Source of the DNA: Pelomyxa schiedti
Taxonomy: Eukaryota > Protista > Evosea
Direction: 5' to 3'
Length of the DNA stretch: 64,000 bases
Assembly: GCA_020536535.1 (NCBI GenBank)
Contig: JAHLWZ010000199.1
Span: 1 to 64,000 of the forward strand
Positions 33,205 to 46,000 of this stretch are shown one piece after another. A program made the position numbers and the translations under genes. The notes beneath the pieces were generated by a model, which saw nothing but the letters and a program-made list of their open reading frames with translations, was not told the DNA's origin and did not search any database. Numbering within the stretch: position 1 is the stretch's first letter; each line of letters begins with the position of its first letter.

Positions 33205-36200
33205 ATGTCGCAACGACAATACCGCGGCGCCAACGACGAGAAGGAACGAAACGAAACGCCCCCACGCAGTGCCGCCGAAGGCACCAGAGGGGCCCCGCTG
33301 CCCTCGGCCTCGTCAATACTACTCGGCAGCCCCAGCATCAGCGAATCGTCGTCGACCGCGAGGCGCAGCGGGGGCGGGAGCGGCAGCGGGGCTTATTCCC
33401 TCTCGTCGTCGCCGTCCTCGCACCTGTGGTCCTCGTCGTCGCAGCCGCACATGCACTCCCACACGCACTCGCTCAGCCCCGCCACCGCCCCCCCGTCCCC
33501 CGGCCACACGCGGACGCCCACGGTCGGGGGGGGCACGGGCCTGGGGCAGCCCCTGGCGTCGGGCTCGCGGCTCTCCGTGTCGATGCCCGACATCGTGATG
33601 TCCTCGCCCTCCCCCAGCCCGACTCCCCCCGCGCAGCAGCCCTCCCTGCCCCCTCCCTCGCCCTCGCAGGCGGCCCTGCAGTCCTTGCTGCGGGCCAGCG
33701 CGCCGCTGCAGGACAAGCTGTCCCCTAGGGTGCCGGGGACCGGGCCGGCCGCCCACCCCCTCACGCAGGACACATTGAGCGCATCAGCCGACCACACGAA
33801 AATACCACCACCGCCACTCCCATCCACGCCAGCGGCAGCAGCAACGGCATCAACAACGGCGACTGCATCATCATCATCGTCGTCGCCGTCATCGTCATCG
33901 TCATCATCATCACCATCATCGTCGGCAGCACAGGTGACATCGACGGTGACCATGCCTGCCACAATGCTGCTGTCTGACTCTTTTCTGAATTCACCATCAT
34001 CATCACCGCAACCCCAACGCGTTCTAATGTCTGGGGATAGTATCAGTACACCAACACTTCCGGTTGTGGCAACTGGGACTCCCTCTAGCATTCTTGCTAC
34101 TGCTTCTGCTGCCACAAACTGCCATATTCCTCGGTCTAGGAGTTATCACCAGTCACACGTGCACGGCGGCCGCAGCAGCCCATCCCCTCCTGCTGATGAA
34201 AGCCCAGACATCCACCTTTCCAACATCCGGAAAAGTGAATCACACAAGCCCTCGTCACAATCACCAACTCTTGACTTGATCGATAAAAATACTCCCAGTA
34301 GAAAGCACAAACTCGATAAAGCCGCTACTGACCCTTGTCTCATCAAAGCTAAGGTGCTCCCACATTTGCCTTTTTTTTTTCGTGCCCTTACCTTCTCTAG
34401 GAATTTCTGGAGTCCTTGCGATCAAGTCGTGAAAAATTAGAAATGTACTGTGCTACCAAACTTTCCCCAGATATCAAAGAACCACCTCGAAAATTTACTA
34501 GCCCTGAGATGGTAACCACTTTTCCATTTGACTATCCATAGACAATTCAGCAGAAAGACTGTAATCAACCTTTTGGAGCCCCTCTTTCATCCCTAGAGAC
34601 TATTGTAGTAAATAACTTGCTGATACCTGTAATTATACATAAAATTACTCGCTGCTTGTCTATGTTGAATCCCAAGAGTTTTTACTCACTAATCATTACC
34701 CAGAATTGTAAAAAATAACATCACATGCAGTTGTATGTGTTTGACAGATCCGGATGGTTTTAGAATCCAAAAAGCTGGTATATATACTGGAGCTTTGCCA
34801 ATCGAAGAAATTTCCGAACCAAATACCTTAATCAACATTCTTCTAAGTTTCTTTGAAGAACTTCCACAGCCTCTTCTTCCAAGTTCCCTCTTACCCGCAC
34901 TGTCATCCCCAAACCAAACAGGACACACTTTGAAAGTGGTTATCGAGGCACTTCCAAAGGAAAACCGGCATCTACTTCAGTAGTCGTTCAGTCTCTTTGC
35001 TCCAGGCTGATTTCCTTCCTCAGGTTTATGCTGGAGTTTATTATGCAAAATTGTGAATACAACTCCCTGCATGAATGTTCTGCAGCATTCGGAGTAGCAT
35101 TTGCCCACTGGTTTGCTTATTAAATTATGTCATGATCTAAATTATTCCGTCTTCTCTTTTGTAGTACAGTGGAAAAGTCCTCAGCAAGGGATGCCATACA
35201 TTCCTTACTACATAATTTTGAAACCATCTTTTTGGTAGTTTCCATTTAGGAAAGTTAACTGCACTAAATGTCTAAGATTCCCCCCATTTCCAAGCCAGAA
35301 GAACAAGAAAGAAATTGTATATCACTGGCTCACAAACTGTCACTAATCGCTTTATTGGTTTGCGAGACTCCACAAGGTTAGTCTTCCACAAATTCCTTGA
35401 CTTAGGAAGCTGTAGAACCAGATTTCTTGAGTAGATACTGCCTCACCTATAGATATCACACAACACCAAAATTGCTTTTCTCAACACTGTTGAGGATTTG
35501 TCTGACCATTCCGCTTTGCGATTCAGCACACACAAAACAGCGCAAACTCGCCCAGTACTTCTGCACTCGCGTGGCTTCTCTAACATGTCTAGATTACAGA
35601 AAGTGTTTGTAAAGTTATTTGAGTGTGATTCTCCTGAGTTAAGTGTACACTTGGAGATTGACACGTAAGTCTTTCTATTTGCACAGTTAAAAACTCATAG
35701 TTACTAGCGAAATTAAGTTGGTTTGTGGACTTTTTCCTGTAATAGGGCAACGGATTTTGGAATTACAACTTCCAGTCATTGATAATAATGTTCTCCTATA
35801 ACATTCCCACGCTTCACCGAAGCTCACCAATCCAAGATAACAGCTCCTCCCCCCTCTGAGCAAATCGACTTGTGGGCCATTGACCCCTCTGCACTTGCTG
35901 AACAAGTCACAATACTCTTCTACAAGACTTTCCGTAAGGTTCCACTACCAGCCTTTACGTCAGCTCCTCAGGAAAATAAAAAAATGGCTAAGGCTCTACA
36001 AAATATGGTGGATTTGTGCAACAAGGTACTTGAGTGCATCACGAGAATACCTTTTGCTCACCAACTACAGCTCACGATGTGGGCTGTTTCAGAAATAGTG
36101 ACCACAAACTCCCCGAAAACTGTAGGGAGATTTATCTCACTAGCTCAGGTTTTTCTTTTTTTCTTTTTGCTTTTTAATATTGAATTCTTTACTTGAAACA

Positions 36201-36968
36201 GAAATGTCTACACCTCAACAATTTTGCAGCAGCTTTTTCCCTCTACCTTGCGTTGCTCAATCAAAACGTCCAGCGGCTTGAAGATGCAACGAAGGTAAGG
36301 ACTATACTTTGATCCACGTACGTTACAAGCAACAGAAAATTAGCAGAAGCAAGCAAACTATGTATGACGAATTAACAACGTTTTGCTCCCTTGAGTCCAA
36401 CTTCGGCGTATATCGGAGAAGGGCTATTGAAGCACAACTCAATCACAAACCTTGCATTCCCTGCATTGGTTAGCCCTTACTCCTTCCCACCTTCCATGCT
36501 TATCGGTTTTGCAGCTGTAGTTCAACATGACATTGAAATAATAGATGCCTTACCAACCACTATCATGTGGCCTGAAGAGCATCAATGCAACCAACCACCA
36601 GAACCTCCCCCGACCGAAACGGGAGACCAGGGACACCCTGCAGCAACTGTTCTCTCTGCTTCCGAAACTATTTTGGATAGATTGACTGCACCCCTACAGC
36701 AACACCCTCCCATAACACCACAGGTACCTCGAGAACCGCTTGTCAACTGCAACAAATTCCGGCAGACATCCTCCGTTTTACTCTCTGTAGCGAACATGCA
36801 GCGGACACCTTACGACATAGAACCCAACATAAACCTACAGAATGCACTACTGAACGTTACGGTAATTCGTACTCCACTCAGTAATATGCTGACATTCACA
36901 ATTAGATATGGCCAGACGACATCCTTGAACGGTGGAGTCTTGCTTGTAAGAAAAAATCCACTCCCTGA
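33205..36968 (+). CDS. RhoGAP + RasGEF (REM + CDC25) protein with a long Ser/Pro-rich N-terminus
   Basis: FGAPL..IPVII..ILLSFFEELPQPLLP..LPKENRHLL (RhoGAP); FLSRYCLTYRYHTTPKLL (REM); DPSALAEQVT..WAVSEIV..FISLAQKCLHLNNF (CDC25). Confidence 0.85.
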
Positions 36969-37177
36969 GGGCCATTCCTCAACACCCTCTTGTTTGCAAC
37001 AGCCAGTACAACTAACCACCTAGCATCCAAAATAGAATGTATTCACCTACCATCGTCTCTTAGAAAGAAAAACTTTTGTCTTTTTTCTGTAAATCGCACA
37101 AACGGGAAAAGATAACAGATTTCCTTATTCTATCCGCAGTTGCTTCGTAATATTAAGCCGCGCGACCGGGGAACGCG

Positions 37178-39675
37178 ATGGACGCCGTGACACTGCACAT
37201 CGAAAAGTTTCAGGAAATAGTGCAGAGCCTGCTGCATTTTGATGTGCTCAAGTTGGGTGAGGCCAAAATAGCGATCAAGCAGTGCACGGACCACGAGTAC
37301 AGGGTCAAGCGATACGATGTGAAGGTTTCGTTCTATGTGGACTACATACAGTTCCTCGTTGATCTGTTGAATCTGATGAAGGCCAGGCTGGATTTGAACG
37401 GTATGTTTTGGTTTTGGTTTTGGGCTTTGTATTTTTGTTTTGTCATTGATTTTTTTGCTCCTGTTTTTTTTTTATGGTGGGACTGAGGCATGTTTCAAGG
37501 TATCAATCATTCGGTCATTGCACCTCTTAAGGGATTCACTAGCAACATATTCACCAAAGCTATAAGGTAAGTTGATTGGGGTGTTCTTGGTGATGACACT
37601 GTTCCTAACTGTTGGTCTTTTGTTCAGCCGCTTCCCTACACACATGGAACTTGTGGAGGAACAAATCAAATTCAACCAGATGGAGATGCCTAGGAAGGTG
37701 TCTAGACTTCTGGCTCGGTAATATTCTGCCTGTTTTTTTGTGAGTGACTTAATTGTTTCTGGTAGGATTCTTCAGCGGTTCCCTACACAAGAAAAATATT
37801 GGCTCCATGCTATAGCCTGGGAGTGCAACGAAAACAAGAATTTCGAAAATGCACGCAGTGTGTGTTTTTGTATTCTTTCTTTACCTATTTACGTTGGCTA
37901 TAGTTCTATTACAACGGGCTGTGAGAACAAATCCCAAGTCTTCCGTTTTGTGGGTCGAATTTATAAGATTTGAGTTGATGGTTCTCAGTTATTACACCAA
38001 AGTCACCATGTAAGGATTCAGATTCCACTTGCTCAATCTAAGTTGTACAAAGCGCAACACCGTATGCAGAGCTGTTAGTTGTTCCAATCACCATTTATAA
38101 GCACTCCCTTGAAGGTACCATTAGCTGGTTGAGAACATAACTAATTAACCTCAGCTGTTCCTCAATTGGATCACAGAAAAGCTATTTTGGGAATGTTGGA
38201 AGAATTTCCTACATCAGAACTTGTTCCCATGGTTTCTCATGCGTTTTTAAATCACTATCAATCCTTAAAAATACTACCAGGTAATAGAATCTATTCGAAA
38301 AGATTTTCCGGGTGACACCAAAGCACTACTGACTGTAAGCAAGTGGTTTTGCACACACGAATCACTTGAATCAGGATTGGACGTCTTTGAACAAGAGATA
38401 ATGGTAGCACTTTCGTCTTGTCATAGCCATTGTATTCACAGTTTTTTTCTTGCAAAGAGGTCTCCTCATCGCACAGAGTTATGGGCAGAATATGCAAATA
38501 TGATACTCACGATAAATCTTCCACAAGTTTGTATTAGTGCCCTTTTTTTTGTTCCGCTAACATCACCTCAGGCCGAAAAGCTAAGGCTTAGTGCCTGGAT
38601 TTTCCAAAGAGCAGGAAAATCGAGGGCTTTATCAGCTGAGCTTTATGGTAGGTACTGATCAATAACCCGAATTTTTCCCTTATTTTGCTTATTAGAAACC
38701 TGGCTTAAAATGCTGCAATTCCCAGAGCAGATCGAACTGGGGCTTAACATATGTGCTGTTGCTTGTGAAGCCCATCCAAGTACGACTTACTGGTCTATTA
38801 CATGTATTTTTCTCTAGTACTGACCCATTTCCTTAGGTAGTCAAATCCTCTGGATGCACAGAATAACTTTATTGCTGCACAAATACAACGAAGAGCAGCA
38901 AAGTAAGATTACAGTGAAATAAAGAACCTTCAAATATTCTTAGATTTTGGAGATGACAATCCAGAACAAATCTACGATATATTCAAACTGGCTATCAGTA
39001 AAGTTTATCCTGATGGACCTACTAACCTCCTGTGGTTGCACTATATCTCATTGTGCATTTTGCACGGTCAACCATTTGAGAGCATCTTTTCCTTGTTTAA
39101 GGTTGGTGTTGCTATTTCAATTTTTACCTTGAAGAGTTAATATCTAACAAGGAAGGCGTCACTCAATTAGCATCAACAGGCCAATCAAGGGAGGATTTAT
39201 CAAGATACAAGGAAGATCTTATCACTAAGGTGTACCAGGCTTTCGGCATCGAGGAAGCCCGGCAGTTGTATTCATGGTACTTTAATAATTACTTTGTCCT
39301 TGTGCACACTCACATACGAAATTGATTCATGTAACCTCGAATTAGGTGTCTTCTGACGCACTGTGGCTTGATTGTATTCATGTGCATGATTTCGATTGAA
39401 TCTAAGGAAATGGGACCGTCGGGTGATAAACAGCGCCTCTTCGCGGTGTTCGAGGACGCTCTGGAAAGATATGGAACCAGTGAATCTGGTAATCCCACAA
39501 AACCATTAAAGCCAAGTAATAACCGAAGTTGGACACAGAATTGTGGTACGACTACTTCAAACTACTGCAGAATTCTGGAGAAATTGCAAAATCGGGACTC
39601 ATATTCCAACGTGCCAAAAGAACACTCACAGACCCTGCCGAGTTTATCCTTATCTGCGCCAAGGACGACTCATGA
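37178..39675 (+). CDS. UTP6: U3 snoRNA-associated protein 6 (HAT repeats)
   Basis: N-terminus IKQCTDHEYRV..FYVDYIQF..L; AIAWE..NFENAR.LLQRAVRTNPKSSVLWVEFIRFEL; C-terminal VFEDALERYG..LWYDY..IFQRAKRTL.DP.EF. Confidence 0.88.
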
Positions 39676-40365
39676 ACCAACTTGGATCAAGAACTGAGAA
39701 ACCGCTACGGGAGAGATCTTGTGCAAACGCCTTAAATAAATTCTCCGTTTTTGTTTAAACGACAGACAAAAATTAATAAAATTTTGGGGGCAGGTCTCCG
39801 AGGTGATGTCCGGGACATAATGTCAAGGGCTTCCTTTTTTTCATTGCCCCTTCAATTTGGTTGTTATTTGGTAATTCCCTGCTTTTTCATTTCTTTTTCT
39901 TTGGCATATTACCCCTGCGCACTGGCGGTTACTTCGACAACCAACCAATTGCCCACAACTTAAAAAAAACCAGAGGGCGAAAGGCAGCTTGCGTGTCGTA
40001 CACCAACAATATTTGCTGGCAATTGTGCACTACCTCTAAAGCACGAGTACACGTCGCAACGTAATCAGAGTTGCCTCAATAGAAAAGCATACTTCCAGCT
40101 TTGAATACACAATGCCTTCGCCGAAAGTTGATTTATCTCTCAGGTGCCCAAAATACCTCCACGCAATCATCCATTAAATAGCCAAGTAGGAGTGGCACTA
40201 CCGTGTCGGCTGTTGTCTCTGCAACAAAAAAAGAGACCTCGTTTCTTACACGCAAGTACCACCCCGTTCCCATTTATCATCGACTCGTCGCGTCACATAA
40301 CGCATAAACCGTAATACAATAGCGGATAAACAGCTCTTCTTTTCCATAACTAAAAACCCAGGCAC

Positions 40366-42834
40366 ATGAGCCAGAGAACCGCTCATAAACCTCATTTACG
40401 CGCGGCTCCGCGCACAGTTGTATGTAATGCACCGAACAGTCCTCAAATCTCTGGCTCCCCTCCGCGAAAGACTGGTGTGAAACCTGCAAACTGTGGTGAT
40501 CAATCCCTTGGCTCTGTAAAGAGTGAAAGTGAAGAAAGAGTTGACACAGCAAGCAAAGCACACAAAATCAAGTCTGAAGACAACAGCGACACCGGTACCT
40601 GTACCGATACCAATACCGATAGCGACAGTGCAGACTCCAAGGGCAGTTCAAGTGATACCTCTAAGTCTTCATCAGAAAGTGACAGTAGTCAAAGTGACAC
40701 TGATACTAGCGGAAGTAGTGAAAGTGATTCCAGCAGTGGCAATGCTGGGGACAGTAGTGATGATGAAGAGGAGGAGGAAGAAGAGTACCGAGAGTGTGAG
40801 GACATGGTCCTGATGGTGCGTTTGCACCTACAAAGACTGCAGATACGACGGTTGCAATTGGAGCATGAGCGCCTAATTGCTTTCGAGAAGAAACACAAGC
40901 CACTTCCCGAATCTGACTCGTCTTCAAAACCGAATCTTAAAGTAGTACCTCCAGTACATAGGGAACAGGAGGGACCTGAAGTTGTAGAATCTGATGAGTC
41001 ACAATGTCAAACTGAAAGGAGGGAGAAACTAAGGACGAAGTCCTCTTCTCCCAAAGCCACTGAAAGTCATGGGACAGAGAAGATGAAGTTCGCAACGTCT
41101 GTGTGTGTGAATAGACCACCCAGGTCATCGCAGTCCTCCACTACTCCCCACATTTCCCTTCAGGAGGATGTCAATATACAGCCACTTCGCAGTAACACTG
41201 ACCAAGCGCACCCAAGGAGTCCTGGACAACTACAAAGCTCCTCCAAAAACGAGAACCCTACTGTAGTAACTAGATGTAATAAATTAAGCACCAGCCTACC
41301 TCCAAGTAATCCAATCCCAACAAAAATCGCAACAAATACACCAAAGCCTTCACAACTACCAAATAGTGGATCGCTTTCCGGCATTAAAGATATCACACCG
41401 CTCAGACGACCAACAAGCAAAGCTCCTACGGTAGTTCCGCTGGTATCGAACCTGCGCCCAAAGCAACCGTCTCGCACTGTTGTAGTTGTGAGGAATCTCA
41501 AGGCCAATTCTCAACCAAGTAACACACAAACTACCTCCCAAAGTATCGAGGGTGATCCCAATAATGGAGGGCAAGATCCCTCCAAGCCATGCAAGGGGAA
41601 AACACCTGAAGACATACCTTGCACTCAAAGGACAGGCAGTAAGTTAGAGAATCAAACTTCTACACCAAGCCAAGTTGTACGCACTCCCGGCAGAATCTTA
41701 ATTCGTACATCATCTTCCCACACACTTACTGTATCATTTGATGGCCACGAGGTCCCGGACAATTCTAAGTCACATCACAATGGCACAGAAAGGAATCTCT
41801 GTGATGGCAAAGACAGATCTCCTGGTAGCAGCATCAATCGCTCTGAAGGTGTTGACGAGCCTCTTATGCCTTGTACTTTAGTTAGCTCAGTGACAACCGC
41901 CGTGCCTTTTCAAGTGTCCCCGCCTCTTTCGCCACTCCTTCGTACACCTTCACCTCCAACATTTACTCCCTCGCCACCCCTTTCTCCTCCTTCACCACTC
42001 CCTGATACACCATCACCTCCCATCTCAGCCAGTCAATCACCTCCACATGTCACTGTCAGCGGTGTGTGTAGTACCAAGTGCCCTGAAGTGGAAAACTTTG
42101 GAAATTTTGTAGGAACTAAAAGAGAGGCCCAGCATTCTCACTCAGAAGCGAACACGCAATGCCACAAGAAGCCTAAACCATCTCCAATACGATTTGTGTT
42201 CAAGTCCTCATTAAGGAAAGTCCCAACGCCAGAAACGTCTACATGTACTTTGGAGCCGCCCAGCCCCAGTGCCCAGATAGTTGAAGAAGAGGTACGCTCC
42301 ATTCCCACTCCCACTAATTCCTCTAATAGCACATCCCAGACTTGGCACCACACTGCTCAATTAAGCAACTCTGTCATACCCGATACTGCTGATACTTGCC
42401 TGCAGCCTGACGTCGACACCCCCACGAATACTTCCTGTGACACTTCACCCGTTTCCCAAGCGTCTTCTTCACCCGTTCTCTCGTCAACAGCCACTCCCGT
42501 TACCTCTGTTACTATTCCAGCGTTGCCGGAGTGGGACCTGTCAAGGCACGGGTCTGAAACAACCGCATCTCCGCCATCTCCTTGGCCAATTTTCCCACTA
42601 CCGTCCAACTCAACCTCAATGCTCATGGATGTATTGTGGGAACAAACTTCAACCTGGCGACCACTTTCCCCTGACACTCTCCCTTGGGATCCATGGTACG
42701 CAGAAGACACATTTCCTTGGGCCTGTGGACCAGAAGACCCAATGATCCTACCGGAATCCCTACCCATATACCAAACTCCCGAAACCTTAGGTACTACACT
42801 GTTACCTCTCCAACCCAGCACTGATTGGACTTGA
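40366..42834 (+). CDS. Hypothetical intrinsically disordered Ser/Pro/Thr-rich protein (long terminal exon; upstream exons from about 39820 possible)
   Basis: 822-codon uninterrupted ORF with an acidic tract, a short coiled coil and an acidic/Trp-rich tail. No recognisable domain. Confidence 0.6.
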   Translation: MSQRTAHKPHLRAAPRTVVCNAPNSPQISGSPPRKTGVKPANCGDQSLGSVKSESEERVDTASKAHKIKSEDNSDTGTCTDTNTDSDSADSKGSSSDTSKSSSESDSSQSDTDTSGSSESDSSSGNAGDSSDDEEEEEEEYRECEDMVLMVRLHLQRLQIRRLQLEHERLIAFEKKHKPLPESDSSSKPNLKVVPPVHREQEGPEVVESDESQCQTERREKLRTKSSSPKATESHGTEKMKFATSVCVNRPPRSSQSSTTPHISLQEDVNIQPLRSNTDQAHPRSPGQLQSSSKNENPTVVTRCNKLSTSLPPSNPIPTKIATNTPKPSQLPNSGSLSGIKDITPLRRPTSKAPTVVPLVSNLRPKQPSRTVVVVRNLKANSQPSNTQTTSQSIEGDPNNGGQDPSKPCKGKTPEDIPCTQRTGSKLENQTSTPSQVVRTPGRILIRTSSSHTLTVSFDGHEVPDNSKSHHNGTERNLCDGKDRSPGSSINRSEGVDEPLMPCTLVSSVTTAVPFQVSPPLSPLLRTPSPPTFTPSPPLSPPSPLPDTPSPPISASQSPPHVTVSGVCSTKCPEVENFGNFVGTKREAQHSHSEANTQCHKKPKPSPIRFVFKSSLRKVPTPETSTCTLEPPSPSAQIVEEEVRSIPTPTNSSNSTSQTWHHTAQLSNSVIPDTADTCLQPDVDTPTNTSCDTSPVSQASSSPVLSSTATPVTSVTIPALPEWDLSRHGSETTASPPSPWPIFPLPSNSTSMLMDVLWEQTSTWRPLSPDTLPWDPWYAEDTFPWACGPEDPMILPESLPIYQTPETLGTTLLPLQPSTDWT

Positions 42835-43086
42835 CTTTCACCCTGACACTCAAACTTTCACCCAACCACAATGTTTTTTTAAGTTTAAGTCAATAAAATT
42901 AACAACGGGGATAGAAGCACCCAAAACCAAGCCCAGTCACACCACGTGGGGCTAAGCTCAGCACCACTCACCTTGGGGTTCAATGTGAAATGCAACTGAA
43001 AGAGGAAAAAAAATACCCAAGTACGAGAGGGGGAGATTCATCTGCCAAATAAAATAAAAACAAATAAAAGTAAGACCGATTCGGTG

Positions 43087-46000
43087 ATGGAGGACTTACT
43101 ACCGGTAATAAACAAACTGCAAGACGTGTTCGCCACTGTCGGTGGTATGTTACCTAGTTATTGTTGTGCGTGTTACGCGTAAAAACAACCAAAAAAAAAA
43201 AAAACCGCCAAGTATTCATGAAATAATGCAAGCACCTTAACAATCGCTTTGTACCAGGCAATGCTGACTCGATGATCGACTTGCCACAAATCGTCGTTGT
43301 TGGCAGTCAATCTGCGGGAAAGAGCAGTGTTTTGGAGAACGTGGTTGGACGCGATTTCCTGCCTCGGGGTTCTGGCATTGTCACACGGCGACCCTTGGTC
43401 CTTCAGCTCAGGAATGTGGCGAAGGGTACCAGGCCCCACGTCACTTCCACGGGAATACCTCAGCACGCCGCTCACAACGGCCCACTGCCACAAACACCTG
43501 CTTCCACAATATCGCCACCCAACCAGATGCAAATGCAAACACCCACTCTTATGCAATCCCAGCTGGGCAATGCTGCCCCGGCAACTCCTGCCAAGCAACC
43601 TATGGTACTACAAAGAGGTGGCGCGGCAGTACAACCACAACCCACAGCACAAGCTATAGCCAATAGGTCTACAGCAGCAAGAACTCCCGCAGCTAACCTT
43701 CCAGCTCCTCCCCAGAGTACACCTTCCAACATTCCCGCTCCCCCAGTCCAAAGTGATGCTGAGGAGTGGGGCGAGTTTCTCCATAGGCCTGGACAACTTT
43801 TCACCAATTTTAATGACATAAGAGATGAGATCGTTGCCGAAACTGATAGGATGACAGGTTTTCCACTTACTTTTTTAAGTTCTCTTTTTAACGTCATTTT
43901 TCCCTCCTCAAACAAAGGGAAGAATAAGGGCATTTCATCCAAGGCTATAACACTAAAAATTTCCTCACCACATGTCGTAAATCTTACACTTGTTGACCTT
44001 CCTGGCATTACAAGGGTTTCTTTCTCGTTCAATGCAATAAATTTTTGTCAACACACTTTAGGTACCAGTTGGTGATCAACCAACTGACATTGAGCAACAA
44101 GTGAAGCGCATGGTCACAGAGTATGCGTGGCTGTGTAAGAATTTTCCATTAATCATATTCAGGTACATTATGAAGCCAAATAGCATTATTTTAGCTGTAA
44201 CGGCGGCCAACGTTGACTCTGCCACATCTGATGCTCTTCAGATGGCCAGAATGGGCATGTTCCTTCGCGATGTTGCCCATTCTAATATGTACTAGTTGAT
44301 CCTCAGGGTGTGAGGACACTCGGGGTTATCACTAAGCTAGATTTGATGGTAACTTATCCCCCTCAGCCACCTTTTTTTCCTAAGTTCACATAGGACAAAG
44401 GAACTGATGCCATGGATATGTATTGTTCCACTTAGCAGTCTATTCCTTTTATAAATCACTATTAGTTTCACTGGGAGATCAATACCTCTTAGCCTGGGAT
44501 ACATAGGTATTATAAATAGATCCCAGGAAGACATTAATGCAGGGAAACCAATAAGACAAGCTCTCGGTAAACCTATTTTTCGTGCCTCTGTCCCTAATTG
44601 AACAGAGGATGAAAAGAAATTCTTTGCGAGTCATCCCATCTACAAATCCATAGCAAAAAGGCTTGGCACCCAGCATTTATCATTTACTCTCAACCGAGTA
44701 TGCCACTTAATTTTTTCAGCATTTCCTGACTTTTTACCAGATCCTTCTTAATCACATTCGCGATACAATTCCCGATCTTAAAGTAAAAGTGAATAAACTT
44801 CTTGCTGGTATTCCCTTCGGCCTTGTACCTTGCCAAGTTAATTGTTGAACAAAAGATGCAAAAGCGGAATACTCCCAGTATGGTGACCTTATTTCTTGCA
44901 ACGGAGGAGAGGTGTCTGCTTTGTATGTTTCTGTCTGGAAACCTACTCTTCCTAGGGAGCACTTCTGTTACAAATTTTGACGAAATTCTCTAATGATTTT
45001 TGTGCTATCATCGACGGAAAGTCAATTGGAACTCAGCAGATTTCCCTTACTGAATTGTAATTGTCTGTAGATTTTTTGTTTTGCCTAACTTTGAAAACAG
45101 AACTGGTGGTGCACGAATCAGTTACATTTTCAATGAGATATACTCCTACTGTTTGAATGGGATGGATCCACTAAGAGACCTCACCCCCCATGATTTGAGG
45201 ACAGTCATAAAAAATGCTACAGTTGACATCCCCTCCTATTTTTGTAAAGTTAATTTACCCTCAGGGCCCACGTGCGTCACTCTTCATTCCAGAGTCATCA
45301 TTTGAGTTACTTGTGAAGCAACAAGTTTCAAAGCTGGAATCACCAAGCATCGAGGTATTTAATAATTTCATATTTGCCCCAGAACTGATTGGTGTTACAG
45401 TGTTCTGATCTCGTTTATGAAGAATTAATACGTATTGTGACACAACTTGAAGCCAAAGTAATTCCTTGGAGCTGAATTCAATTTAACCTCAGCAGGATTT
45501 AGCAAGATTTCCTGTTCTGAGACAAGCTGTTGTTGAAGTAGTGAATGCATTACTTTCTTCCAACAAAACCCCCGCTCAGACTATGATATCTGACCTGATT
45601 AAAGTATGTGTACTTTAAGCACTAATATTACCTTACCTCGTAACAAGATTGAATTGGCATACCTAAACACATCACATCCCGATTTTGCTCTCGCCCAATC
45701 CATGCAAGTTGTTTCCCAACAGATGAGTGCAAAAGAGGAGGTAAACTCTTGTTGGGCTTTTCTGCTGTAACTGACTAACACCCCAGGCCACTGCTACCTC
45801 GACCGTTAATAGCGCAATAGCTACAGTTAAAACGAATGCGGCACAAGCTTCCCAATCAGTTCAGAACTTTGCACAGTCCCATCGGCCCAATACTTCCTCT
45901 TCAGCCACACCAACTCCTGGTGGACCTGAGCCTCTTCCCCCTAAACCCAAACCAAAGACCTCGACGACACCTGCGGGTCCTGTGAAGCCTAGTGTACCAG

